DNA of 60,761 bases, counting the filler, from Squatina squatina (Eukaryota): assembly GCA_031763465.1 (NCBI GenBank). It is 4 parts of 4 records of this genome, joined end to end, with 100 filler letters (N's around TTAATTAATTAA, not from the genome) between each part and the next. Parts side by side here need not be neighbours in the genome. Positions count along the whole stretch, not along the records: positions 32,267 to 45,194 come from JARFOE010000194.1; positions 45,295 to 60,761 come from JARFOE010000042.1; 2 more parts are not named here. One strand, given 5' to 3'. The notes beneath the pieces were generated by a model. The model did not search any database, had not been told where the DNA came from, and saw nothing but the letters and a program-made list of their open reading frames with translations. A program made the translations under genes and the position numbers. Each line of letters opens with the position of its first letter. Position 1 is the stretch's first letter. Shown one piece after another: positions 34,741-47,690 of this stretch.

Positions 34741-37700
34741 CATCTTGACATGCCATATCCTACCAACTGCACCACTAGCCTCAGCCTCTGCTTAATTAAT
34801 GACACCCCCATCAGTATGTTGGAGGCAGGATAGGAAATTTGAGAAAAAAGATTAAACATTGATACACTGCAATTTGTCGAAACTGTTGAACTGTCTAGCA
34901 AAATGTAAAAGATAAGATTAATGAACCTTCCTCCTCTTCATCAATGCCTCTTAACAAGAAACAGTGGATAGCCCATCTACCCTAATGCATTCTTTAAATT
35001 TGTTTCATTCAGCAGCAGAAGGGTGCTTATGCAAACAAACTTAGAGTGGCTCGTGGTGCAGACCAAATTTAAAATCTTCACCCAGGAGGTGGGAGGTTTT
35101 GCACAGCATTAAGTTCACAGCAAGCAAATGCAGTGTTTACATGGTTGCAACTAATGTGGTACAGCTGCTAAGTCATAAACATAATCAAATTAGTTGCTGC
35201 TGTGTAAATGTAGCAACCAAATAGTTCTGTTCTGTTTACTATAGTAGCACATGGGGTCCTTCCAAAAACTGCTTTAAGCTTACATTTGACATAAATAGGG
35301 CACTCATTTGTGGCAAATTCAATATATTACCATTTAGAGTTTCAGCATGTTCTTATGACTTGTTTACTTTCTAGTTTGAAGTGGTGAGTCAATACTTTTA
35401 TAATGTGTTCAAAAATATATGCACCTATTGTTANNNNNNNNNNNNNNNNNNNNNNNNNNNNNNNNNNNNNNNNNNNNNNNNNNNNNNNNNNNNNNNNNNN
35501 NNNNNNNNNNNNNNNNNNNNNNNNNNNNNNNNNTTAGACCCAATCTCCCTAAGTAATTGTGCTTATCTGCTCCATATTGTTACCAGCTCCAACTCTTCTC
35601 ATATAGCCTCATCTAGAATTATAAGCTTACATCAATTGCCAACTTCACTTTGGCCTTTTTCCAATTTATATAACATTATACTACTCATTGGCAGAACATT
35701 TAGGTCGCATACTGTAGGGTTCCTGGAATTCTGACTGTTTTCCATGCTGCTTTCCCTACTATTACTCCATGAAAGCTGTATTAGATCATTTTACTGTAAT
35801 GTGGAGTCTTCAGCAGTTACAATCGTGCTTCAATTATCTTTTGTGTGCTAACTAATCTTGATGATGTCACAAGTGCTATTAGAAGAAAATGTTGAAAAAA
35901 ATCAAAAGAAACAGGAAAAACACAGCCAAGTTGCTTATTGTTCTTTGTTTAATTCCTTTAATTGTTTTGAGGATATGTGATCCCTCCATTTTCTCTACTG
36001 TTGAACAGGGCTTCCCCAGATTATGCACTCACAGCAGCTAAGAGGGCAGGTCGTCAATCTGTTTCCATGCATCTGCCAATGCCACTGTGAGGTACAGAAA
36101 ACTGGCCCAGGGATGGCTGTGCCTGCAAGTTTATCAACCCTCTGCACTTCTCCTCAGCATCTGAGACTGAGTGCCAAGTGGAGTAGGAGGCTGAGTCTGC
36201 TTTTCACCGCTNNNNNNNNNNNNNNNNNNNNNNNNNNNNNNNNNNNNNNNNNNNNNNNNNNNNNNNNNNNNNNNNNNNNNNNNNNNNNNNNNNNNNNNNN
36301 NNNNNNNNNNNTCATATGATCCTTACACCATGATCTCAGAACATGGTTCTTCCACTTATGGTTAATCAAATCACCTGATGTTCTTTTTCTGAGATATTTA
36401 TCAGTTTTTAATTTCCCATTTATATTCCAAAACTTCACAGCCTGCAAAATGTGTCTCCTGTGCTTCACTGTCTTTCCGTAAGCATTGTAGTATGCCATAT
36501 TATACGTGCATGTCGAGAATATGATTTTGCAAATTGACTTTTTTGATATATATGAATCACGAAGTGGGAATGAACATCATCATAAAAGATTCATTTGGTA
36601 GATTTGTGCATGACAACAGCTTATAAGTTGTGATTTTTTTTCAGCGTCTGAAAACTTGCCTTTTCTTGATCAACTTTAGTTATCAGCAGAAAATTGCAAG
36701 TCTGGTATGATTAGAATTATCAGGTCTATTTCGGATACAATGTTTCATGCTGATGCTAATGAAAAAAAGGAGGGGACTTGGATATATTTTGAAAATTACC
36801 CTCAAATGCAAAAGAAATTTAAATTGTGTATTTTTGGTAATGATGCAAAACCTGAATTATAAAATACTTGCAGATTCTCCAGAACACTGCAAACTCAAAC
36901 TAGATAAATGTACATTGAATGACATGAATGCTGCAAGTGAGTGTTTCCACTGAAGTCAAAACTGGTTGGCAAGTTTCACAATTTACAATTGGTAAATGAT
37001 GATGCTTTGGAACCGAAATGCTAAAAATAGCTTGAAATTCACTCTATCAAAATCTTTAACCTATAAAATGTTCTTGCAAATTTCATGGCATTCAGCAACC
37101 TCATAGCAGTGCACTCAAAATTGCCATATAAGGGAATATGTAAGAAAGCACTTTACATAATTCAATGTCAAACANNNNNNNNNNNNNNNNNNNNNNNNNN
37201 NNNNNNNNNNNNNNNNNNNNNNNNNNNNNNNNNNNNNNNNNNNNNNNNNNNNNNNNNNNNNNNNNNNNNNNNNNAGATATACAATTAACTTTAGCATGCA
37301 CCTATTCAGACCATTTTCCCACATATACCAGTGGCCTTAAAGGAAAGGCCAGATTAGCGTCTAAATTTCACAACTGCGTTCAAGACCCTAAACTCTCCAT
37401 GAGTAAAACCAATGGAAGCTCATGCAGCAGATGCTAACACAACAGGGGAAACATCTGCTCACAGCAATAAAAAAGTTGCAAGTGCCATCTGGCTCTCACA
37501 CTAACAGAATACAAGAGGCTGAAGTGATAGTCAGGGCATCACTATCATCAATCTTCCAAATTTCCTGGATCAGGTTCAGGAACATTCAAGTCATTCTCTA
37601 CTCTTGGAACATCAACATGAAGAAGGAAATCCCAAATAAAAGTCACTACACAGAAATATACTTCATTAAAAATATGGACATTTTAACACAATTTTATTTA

Positions 37701-40700
37701 TGCTTCATTTGAGAGTTATATTTATTTGGAGGTGAAGGAAGAGATACATTAGAATGCATAATAACACAAGACTTGTATACATACATGCCCAGGTACAATA
37801 AACCAGATTAGACAGTGACTTGCCAAAAAATGAAAAATCAACAGGAAATGACTCTCCGTTTTGTAAATATCCTGAGTGGTTCAGTTTCTGTTAGGTTTAG
37901 ACTGGCATGGATACTTGACATTTGACTGTGAATCTCTAAGATGTTCCATTTTTATATTCTGAAGCCAGTTTTATTCTTGTTTGATAAATTCTTCAAGCAC
38001 TATGTGCAATAGTCTTATAGTACAAAGTGCAAAATGGACTGATAGTGCAAAATTGTAGCTGTCTGAAACCTTTCCAATCACTGGTAGCACCAAAGAAAAT
38101 AGTCTCTTTCATTGGAAAGATTCCATACTGCTACTGCTATCATCCCTATTAATGATAAAGGAGGGAGGAACAAGGACATTTTAGGAAAATAGCTACTACT
38201 AATTACACTATAATTTTCTTATCTTCCCAGAAAATTCCCTAACTTCCATGCCTATGCTATTGTTTTACTCCAAAAAGTCAACACTCCCCTGCTCATGAAA
38301 GCATCACTGCTTTCCTCCTCAATGCTACCATTAGCAGTTACTATATTTCAATACAAATTACTTAAAATACACACATCCAGGAATTACTGTACATTTATAT
38401 CTGTCCAGTGGGAAAACATGACTGAATAATATGACTGACAAAGTTACAAAGCTATAATGATTTTAGGTCTGTCTTTTAGATAAATACCACATCTATTAGT
38501 TCACTAATATTGTTTGAATTGCTAGAATATGTTAATAAAGAACAATAAAACCCAGGCTTACTTACCCCAGATGAAGGTGATGCAGCAGATAAGTTATAGC
38601 TTTTGTGTTGATGCAAAGCAGTTTTGGAGGTGTATTGATGTGAAACTGTCAGATAACTTGAAGTAATTTAACTCCTGAGCACACAGTAGTTAAGAGGCGT
38701 GTGAGATCACTTCCAGAAGGTGCCACTTGGGCTTCAGAACATGTTTCGTATAATTCTAATCCAGTGCAAAGCTATACTTTCAAGTGCCCAAATGCTCCGT
38801 TGATCTTCCTAGGAACTTTTTAAACTTAGTTAAGAAAACTTTTCAATAATAGGAGAAAGCAGGCATGTTTTTCTTAAATTTAAAAAAACTATTCAGGAAT
38901 AAGCTCTATGTACACATACAAAGCTCATTGTGAGATGCAGCCAACAGTGTAACTTCAGTCTGCAACACAGTATACAGGAACAAATCCGAGGATAATAGTT
39001 CTATGGTAATGACAACGTTGATAATGTCATGTTATTACAGAAGGCAATGTTGCCTGGAATAGTTCTGTTAAAATTGTACTTAATGTATCATGGGCTGAAT
39101 AACCAAGTCCAGGGTTTAAAATTACTATAAAGATTCTTAAAAATCAGCATCAACTACCTTTAGACATCTGCACAACCAACAGTTATGGTACTTAAACTCA
39201 TTGTGTTCCTGCCAAAACATTATTAATCTGACAATACATCACAGAAAATTAACTCCATTCCTAAACTTTAATCTTGCATATGTGTGTTACAAAGAGGAAA
39301 AGGCTTAAAAATGAAATAAAGTTAATTGACGGTTGATGTGAAGAAACGAATCAAGAAAGAAAAAATATAAAAAAGTAAAAGGAAAGAAAAAATATGAATG
39401 GTATTAATTGAAAATGAAATCAGCAAGATAAGTATCGCTGAGGGGGTCCATTCTTACCACCTATTTCATCTTTCTATAGAAACCTAAAATTGCCCCATCA
39501 CAGTATCTAACTCTTGACTCATTGAAGAGTTTTTGCCTTCCATTAATTATATTGGGTNNNNNNNNNNNNNNNNNNNNNNNNNNNNNNNNNNNNNNNNNNN
39601 NNNNNNNNNNNNNNNNNNNNNNNNNNNNNNNNNNNNNNNNNNNNNNNNNNNNNNNNNTATGGTTTTGTAGTGTTATTTATTTAGATGCAAGTTTCAAAAC
39701 TCAGCCATTCCACATCAAAAGGTCTAACATATTTTGCGGCATCACTCGGATAACCTGCTGCAATTACTTATGAAAATAACTTTATAATCTCAGGAGGTGG
39801 CAGACTTTACCAGGCCATCATCTCGGCATTTAAGTTTCAACAAAAAAGGGCCCATTTTAGTCTCCAAATTCATAAACATTGAAGGCATTCTTCTGATTTT
39901 TTTTTAAGTTACAAGCCAATTTGCAGAGTTAGGGAGGTTTCTTCTTTAATTTAGGTATGTGGCAAAGTACAGTAATAAGTTATTTTATCACAGTTATATA
40001 TTTTAAAATATTCTTAGGCAGAATTTTTGGAAGCAATTGACCTGAAGTTATATGGAAAATCACATTTTACAACTGCTGACTAGCTTAATTTACAAAAAAA
40101 ATTAAATAACTTCTAATTTGTAAAATGTAATAACAATTTCTCTTTAAAAGAATATATTTCAAGAAAGATTACAATAACATAATATTTGAAACTGTAGTTA
40201 CAAAGAGATTTAGGAAACATCCTGATGTGTGAGCTTTCCTGTTTGCACTGAGATGTTGTTGCCGTCGTTGACGACATCCAGTGGACGAGCTACAGCTGAC
40301 TTTACAGAACTAGAAAAGAAACAGTGGATAAATCAATTTAAAAAATCAAAATCAGTTGGGAGTTCAGACCACTCAGAGTGGCAAAATCTCCCTTTCCAGA
40401 AATGTTTCAGCAGTTTAATTCCACGGGGCAATCGGAAACCCGCTCCGAAAGTTATTCTCGATAGCTGCACACTGCTTGCAGCCAAAGTTTGTATTACACC
40501 AGGTACAACGTCATGTCATTTCACAGGTCACTTTCCAACCACCTGATACACGATTGGAATCATTTCACCAGCACAAGACCTTTAAATTATTTTTTTTTAA
40601 AAGCAAGACCTTTAAAAAAATTTTAAATGGCCTTTAAATTAAAAAAAAAACTTTTAATAAATAGAAAACTGAAAATCGCTTAATTCAAGTGTTGGCAACA

Positions 40701-40719
40701 AGATACATGTGAGAATAGG

Positions 40720-42150
40720 GTTTTGGGGCTGAGCCCTGTGGCTCCGTGACGTCACGGACGAACAGGTTGAATGACGTCAGCGCTGTTTTTTGACCCGCCG
40801 CCTCGCGCTTCCCAACAAACGGTAAGTTTGGAATTCCACCCTCGCGCGCCTTTAAATGTTGGCGGAAAACGGTCAGAGTCTGTCGGCAAAGAGTGCGGCT
40901 TTGGTCGGTGTGCGCCTCCCCGCTAATTGCACTGTGTGTGTTTCTTTCTCCTGTGTATGAGAGAGTTCGGGGGTGAAGCGGGGTCGCCGACGCGTCTCTC
41001 TCGGAGTTAATCCGGACTGTGGTGGCGGCTCCCGTCTCACTGACTGACTGACTGATGAAGCTCCCAGGGCGGAGGTACAAGACACTGTTCCTCTCCCCAC
41101 CTACCTCACTTTTACAATAATATTTTTTGAAACAAAATACCAGCGCTCTTTCAGACAACAAAAAAAAACATCACTCACTTCCAGTCTCTTCAGCAAATAA
41201 ATTAAAACTATCGTCTGTATCTTCTCCCTCAATCCCTATGCGTTTCTATTTTATTTTAGTTCTACATTGTATCTATAGAGTTTTATTATTTTAGAAAGAA
41301 ATAACGGAGCTGTTGAGTCACTTTTTTTTAAACAAAGAGAAATAATTCTGGGGGTTTAACTTTTCAGTTGTATTTTCCTACTTGGGGCTTTATTTGTACC
41401 TGTTTGGCTTTGTTCTGTCTGAGTGTGATTGAGGCCTTTTTCCCCTCAGGCTGGAAGTGAGTAGGCCACTGGATTTTAGGCCGTTTTATTTATAAGCTGT
41501 CACCTGCCGCTTCGAGGCGTCGAGAGCCGTCGGGGAAAAGACATAATACAAAACACAAAATGCGTAGAAACTAAACAGGCGACGGACGGCGCCAACCTAA
41601 CTTGATGTCGGAGCGAAAAAAAATCGACTCGGAATTTCCGCGGCTGATTGACGTGGAGCGCGACCAATGGAGCGCGTGCTCCATTTGATTGACGTGGCGC
41701 GCGGCCAATGGGGCGCGCGTTCCCTGTGATTGACGTGGCGCGCGGACAATGCCCGGGTGATTGATAGGTGACAAAGCCAGTCACTGCNNNNNNNNNNNNN
41801 NNNNNNNNNNNNNNNNNNNNNNNNNNNNNNNNNNNNNNNNNNNNNNNNNNNNNNNNNNNNNNNNNNNNNNNNNNNNNNNNNNNNNNNNNNNNNNNNNNNN
41901 NNNNNNNNNNNNNNNNNNNNNNNNNNNNNNNNNNNNNNNNNNNNNNNNNNNNNNNNNNNNNNNTTGGGCTATTAGCAACGAGACTCCTGGTGCGATGCTG
42001 CACCAATCGGTGTAGTCTCGGGGCGGGATGTCTGGTTATCATGTTAGGTTGTCTTTTGTGTATACAGAAGATGGATACAGTATTCAAAGTGTCTACTTTG
42101 GAAATGTGTTTTATTTCTGGAAATATATCTCTGTACTTGGCCAAGTAAGG
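40720..42150. promoter_or_regulatory. CpG-island-like, probably bidirectional promoter
   Basis: High CpG density. CREs TGACGTCA at 40747 and 40772. Three TGATTGACGTGG-N7-(C/A)CAAT repeats at 41645-41750. X-box-like ggctattagcaac near 41967-41979, CCAAT at 42003 and GC box near 42020. Splice donors occur on both strands. Confidence 0.75.
42041..42144 (+). CDS. Speculative first coding exon of the plus-strand gene (CEP126 expected by synteny)
   Basis: In-frame ATGs at 42041 and 42071 lie just after the X-box/CCAAT/GC box and are followed by an AA|gtaagg phase-2 donor. No recognisable protein similarity; the identity is a synteny inference only. Confidence 0.2.
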
Positions 42151-42944
42151 TATGTGACTTTTAAAAATAATAGTAGTAATGTCAAATAATTTAGAAACTT
42201 GAGTATTTTTTCCGCCTTGACTATCATGATCAAGTGAAATTTTAGATTAATTTGCGACTTTAGATGGTCGCTTCAGTGAATTATGGGGTTTTGAGGGCTG
42301 TAATAATCCGGTATTTGTGTCGAGCACTTTTTTTCCAATAGAGTCCTTAGGGAAAAGGTGATGGAGATTTGGGTGGGTATGATATGGAGGGGGGAGGGGG
42401 GAGAGTTGGCACGTTGGCGCGATTCTGAACAGCTGGTCAGGAATCCTGTCATGTGTCCAGGAAATGTTAGCTCAGGAATTTGAAAGAGGTTCGCGAGGGG
42501 GCCGTGGCTGTTAGTCCCAGGCACAGAGGGGGCTGGAGAGCGTCCAACTCGAGAGAGAGAGAAACACACACACACACACACAATCAATGCTGTGCGTGTG
42601 TATCTCCTGACCTCTTCACCCTCTCTGAACTGGGGCAGGAATTGAACCCAGGTCCCGGAGGGTGAAAGGTCATGACCCCGTGCTCCTGTCCTGGGCCAAG
42701 GGCTGGGACCATGCGTGCCCGAGCAGAGGCTGCAAGGCGTTGCCTGACTCCAGATTGCCCTGTGATTATGGGCTGGGCGTGCCTGGAATTGGAGACAGCT
42801 GTGCACCCAGAGCTGAGCACCCGGCCAATTTTTCAGGTGCCTGGCTCTGGGCTGTAAAGGAGGTTCCATCGAAATCAAGAGCTCCGACACTTGCCAACCC
42901 CGTATGAATCGTTCAGTGTTAATATTCACATATATGGACAAATT

Positions 42945-43091
42945 AAGCAAACGTGAAAAACTGTGGCAAATGGATTTCAATGTGAGGTCATCCACTTTGG
43001 ACCTAAAAAGGACAGAACAGGGTATTTTCTAAATGGTGAAAAGCTAAAAACAGTGGATGTCCAAAGAGACTCGGGGGGTCCGGGTACATCG
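42945..43091 (+). mobile_element. CR1 LINE RT fragment
   Basis: KLWQMDFN/CEVIHFGPKKDR...LNGEKL. Confidence 0.85.
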
Positions 43092-43191
43092 NNNNNNNNN
43101 NNNNNNNNNNNNNNNNNNNNNNNNNNNNNNNNNNNNNNNNNNNNNNNNNNNNNNNNNNNNNNNNNNNNNNNNNNNNNNNNNNNNNNNNNNN

Positions 43192-43585
43192 CAAAACTTC
43201 CTCCCCTTTATATTCCAGACTTCTAGTTATAAAGACTAATATTCCCTTAGCCAACTTTTATTGTCTTTTCTATCTGAATAATATATTATAGTGATCGGTG
43301 TACGTGGACCCCTAAATCTCTTTGGAGCTCCACTGGTCCTGGCTTTTCACCATTTAAATAATACTCGGATCTATCCTTTTTTGGTCCAAAATAGATGACC
43401 TCACGCTTACTTACATTGAAATCCATCTGCCACAGTTTCACCCACTCACTTAATCTATCAATGTCTCTTTGTAATTTTATGCTCCCGTCTACACTACTTA
43501 TTAGGCCACCAATCTTTGTGTCATTGGCAAACTTAGATAAAGGGCTCTCTATTGCATTATCTAAGTCATTAATAAATATCATGAC
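43192..43585 (-). mobile_element. CR1 LINE RT fragment
   Basis: IFINDLD...SKFANDTKIGG...LQRDIDRLSEWVKLWQMDFNV. Confidence 0.9.
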
Positions 43586-44959
43586 CAGTATCTGGTATGG
43601 TAGTGTTGTGGTCATGTTACTGGACCTGGACTAATAATCTGGAGACGTGAGTTCAAATCTCACATTGGCAGTTTGTGAATTTGGATTCAGTTTTTAAAGA
43701 AAATAATTAAAATGACACACTTTTTTAGAAATATTTTGGTCGATATTTAATGTATTCTATTCTGACTTTTTGGAAGAATTCTAGGTTACTCACTATTTTG
43801 GTGTCTACCTACAGTACATATTTTAATAAACCAGTGCAGTAATTAATTACAAACTTCTAGATGTTGTCTAACTATATTTTGTACTCTCTTTCAGTTTATA
43901 AGTTGTTTCAGACAGTGCTGCTGTTATAGGCAATGCACAGTGTATGTTAGAGTTTGTCCAAAGGAATAGATCAAATTCTAGGGAATCAGTGGCATTACTT
44001 CTCTATTGAACCTAGGATTATAAATAAAACTCTAATGAGGAAAAACACTTATGACAGTTATAGCATCTTTGCTACTACAATAATATGAATATTCTCAATT
44101 TTTTAATGCAACACTATCCTTTTAAATAAGTTGCTTATATAAATTTAACAGCAACATCATTTAAAAAAAAAAGTAAAATATTGCAATTTAGAGTTTTGTT
44201 TCTTGAATGGAGGTCTGTTACAAATGAATACTGTTACAATGAATTTTTTTTAGGCTTGTATCAGGAAATCAGTAACCTTATGGATTGCATTAAAAGTTTT
44301 TATCACAGATCTGTTACCATAAGATATCAAATATATGAACAAGTTGAATGTTACTTCACCCTATGGTTTTACACCTCCCTCCCCCTTGACTAAGTTTTGG
44401 ACATGTAAGTAATTTTTGTACTGTGAAGGATGTTTAAGGTAATGGGGCCTTGCAACAATATTCTGCATCTTCAAAAAGCAAGCCATGCAATCATTCTTTA
44501 AAAATTCATGGATTCCAATTTCTTCTCTTTCCCCACCCCGCCTCTTTCGTCTTCCCCTGCTTGCAAACATTTGTTTCCAGGTTGGAATTTGCCTTTGGTC
44601 CTACGTTGCAATTTACACACAAGACCTACCGAAAGAAAAGCTGAATACAAGAACTGGGATTTTATTTTGAATTTAGGAACATGCATCCATTTACTTGCAC
44701 ATGCTCAGCTGAAAATAGTTGGTCAGCATAACCTGTATTTTAATTAATATAATTGCTGATTTGACAATTTAAAAACTTCTTAAAGTTAAAAACTAGTGAC
44801 ATAACACTCCTTCTAGTCCACCAAAATCATCATTTTAAACAGGAGGGTTGAACAGACTTCAGTTGCACAATGCTGGGACCAATATCATGAAAAACCGAAT
44901 AAATAGTGCTAAAAACTGAATAGTGGCAGGGCGGGGAGGAGCATTCACAAGATCAGGAA

Positions 44960-45194
44960 CTTAGAATGCCAAAGAGAAATGATGCGGCAAGAATGCAAGG
45001 TAGCTATATGGGGAAAGGCAACCAGAGTCAGACAGGAAGGGACAGAGGGTATGCATATAACAGAGCAACAAAAAATAGTGTGAAAGTGAGGAAGAAAGTT
45101 CTTTATCTAAATGCACGCAGCATTCATAACAAAATAAATGCATTTACTGCACAAATAGAACTAAATGGGCATGATAGCCATTACGGAGACGTGG
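44960..45194 (+). mobile_element. CR1 LINE ORF1 end/ORF2 start (APE)
   Basis: KVLYLNARSIHNK...AITETW motif. Confidence 0.8.
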
Positions 45195-45294
45195 NNNNNN
45201 NNNNNNNNNNNNNNNNNNNNNNNNNNNNNNNNNNNNNNTTAATTAATTAANNNNNNNNNNNNNNNNNNNNNNNNNNNNNNNNNNNNNNNNNNNN

Positions 45295-45668
45295 AGAGGA
45301 GATTTGACAGGTGTTTAAAATCGTGAAGAATAAATAAAGAAACTTCCCAATGGCTGATGGATCGATAATCAGAGAGCACAGAATTAGGGTGATTAGCAAA
45401 GGAACCAGAAGCGACATGAGGACAAACTTTTTTCGGCAACGAGTGGCTAGGATTTGGAATGCGCTGCCTGATAGGGTGGTGGCAGATTCAATAGTAGCCT
45501 TCACAAGGGGAATTGGATGAATACTTGAAGGAGAAAAAGATTGCAGGGATATGGGGAAAGTACAAGGGAGTGGGACTAACTGGATTGCTCCTCAAAAGAG
45601 CCGGTGCAGACTCGATGGGCCGAATGGCCTCCTTCTGTGGTGTATTATTCTGATTCTATGATTCTATA
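45295..45668 (+). mobile_element. CR1 LINE 3' end with (attct) tail
   Basis: RVARIWNALPDRVVADS, then gggccgaatggcctccttctg and tgattctatgattctat. Confidence 0.9.
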
Positions 45669-45691
45669 ATCATATAATAATTCTATAATGG

Positions 45692-46025
45692 CAGTAGGCC
45701 ATTCAGCCCCTCGAGCCTGCTCCGCATTCAATGAGATCATGGCTGATCTTCGCCCTCACCTTCACTTTCCCGCCTTATCCCCATATCCCTGGAGTCCAAA
45801 AATTATTGATCTGAGTCTTGAATGTTCTCAACGATTCAGCATCCACAGCTCTCTGGTGTAGAGAATTCTAAAGATTCACAACCCTCTGAATGAAGAAATT
45901 TCTCCTTATCTCGGTCCTAAATGGCCGACCCCTTATCTTGAGACCCCGAATTCTAGACTCTCCAGCTAGAACAGCCTATCAGCATCGAACCTGTCAAGTC
46001 TTCTAAGAATTTTATGTTTCAATGT
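45692..46025 (-). mobile_element. CR1 LINE 3' end
   Basis: ggccattcagcccctcgagcctgctccgcattc 3' UTR and aagaaatttctcctt (RRNFF). Confidence 0.85.
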
Positions 46026-46959
46026 TCCATCTGTGTTGTAAACTCCTACGATTTCTAATTTACAATGGCCAGTTTCAAACCTCCTTCCTCCCACAGAGAA
46101 CTGGGCATTGTGTTAAAGTCAGTAGCAGAATTAAGGTGCACCACACAGAAGAAGCGGTTTATCCAGGGGTCGAGGAGTGAAACCTGTGCACTTGTCCATC
46201 TATGGGAAGGAAGGATCCATGGAAGTGACTTTCTACAGAGAAGGCAGGGTCCATAGGGACATACCAAGAATGAAGAGTGAAGGAACAAGTGCATAAGAAG
46301 AGACACACTGAAGCCCGTGTTAATGAATACCATTACTAAAGTGTTTTTTTTGTCGACAATCCGCCAAATCCCAAACACTCACGAGATGAGCGAGAAGTGG
46401 CCATTTAATGATCAGGCTGCTGATTGAAGACAGCTCATCAAGAACCCCTGTTTACAAACACAGAAACAAGACTCAGCCATCTCCATTCTCACATCAACTT
46501 ACCAGTAACAGCAGGGTCATCGAACTGGTCAGGCCTTCTGCAAACAAAAGTCGCCCACATAACCCTCACTGCATCTATCATTGTTTTAAGATATACCTTC
46601 TGGGTTATTTTCTGGAGTTTCCTCTAAACCTGATTCTGCACATACATAATGCTATGTGTCTTTCTCTTGTCTATCTGCCTTTATATTTCTTTGAATGTTC
46701 CTTTTCTCTACCTTTGCACTTTTGTAATGCTTCTGGTCTTTGTTCTTGACCTACAAACAATGATTCTTATTACATGTCCTTTTCTGTTGAGGCAAACTCT
46801 CCTTGCTTTCCTGTTACTGCATCTCACTTGAGTGTGTGCGTGTGTGTGTGTGCTTCTTAGCTTGCGTTTGCAGTTTCAAATCCTTATCATAAACATTGGC
46901 TGGGAATTTCCTCAGAATTCCTCTTGCTCCATTGCCATAAAGTCACTGGAAGTGTGCTG

Positions 46960-47275
46960 GAAACATAGAAACATGGGAGCAGGAGTAGGCCATTCGGCCC
47001 TTCGAGCCTGCTCCGCCATTCAATATGATCATGGCTGATCATCCAAATTCAGTACCCTGTTCCTGCTTTCTCCCCATATCCCTTGATCTCTTTAGCCATA
47101 AGAACTGTATCTAACTCCTTCTTGAATATATTTAATGATTTGGCCTCAACTGCCTTCTGTGGTAGAGAATTCCACACTCTGGGTGAAGAAATTTCTCCTC
47201 ATCTCAGTCCTAAATGGCTTACCTTGTATCCTTAGGCTGTGACCCCTGGTTTTGGACTTCCCCACCATCGGGAAC
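46960..47275 (-). mobile_element. CR1 LINE 3' end
   Basis: gaaacatagaaacat tail and KTRGHSLRIQGKPFRTEMRRNFFTQ. Confidence 0.9.
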
Positions 47276-47479
47276 CCTAGGGTTTCAGCTGCACTTCCTT
47301 CAAAGTTACGGCAGCGGAGTAGAATCAGCTCCAAGGAAATTCCCGGCCATAATGTTTGACTTTCTTATATTCTAGTACCTTCCTGGCTAAGCTTACCTTA
47401 ATGCGTTCAAATGTATTACAAAGTATACTTCCCCTCATGAGTCAGGGGCTAAATGCACTGCTTGCAATGCTCTTGAATC

Positions 47480-47690
47480 ATACAGCCCAGGGAGGTCCCA
47501 GACTCAATGATCCCTGGCCTCTGCACTCAATTTTCTGATCTCAGCTGGGGTAGATGTCAGATGAAGACAGAATTGGGCTTGGCTGTGATGCTTTCTTGTG
47601 GTCAAAAAGTCTTTGAATACTCACCATCTGAACTAGTACATGAAGAACGGCTTTTTTGGTAAGGTAATGGAAGGCTGCTTGCCCAATGGC
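47480..47690 (+). mobile_element. Old shark SINE-like dispersed repeat (related minus copies near 12800-12905 and 51370-51480)
   Basis: Shared motifs ttggctgtgatgc...atgaagaa(c/t)ggc and their reverse complement gccattcttca. Confidence 0.5.

Noticed and set aside
42945-43585. Inverted pair of CR1 RT fragments
   Set aside because: The copies are clearly diverged and on separate contigs, so they are independent insertions of an abundant family.
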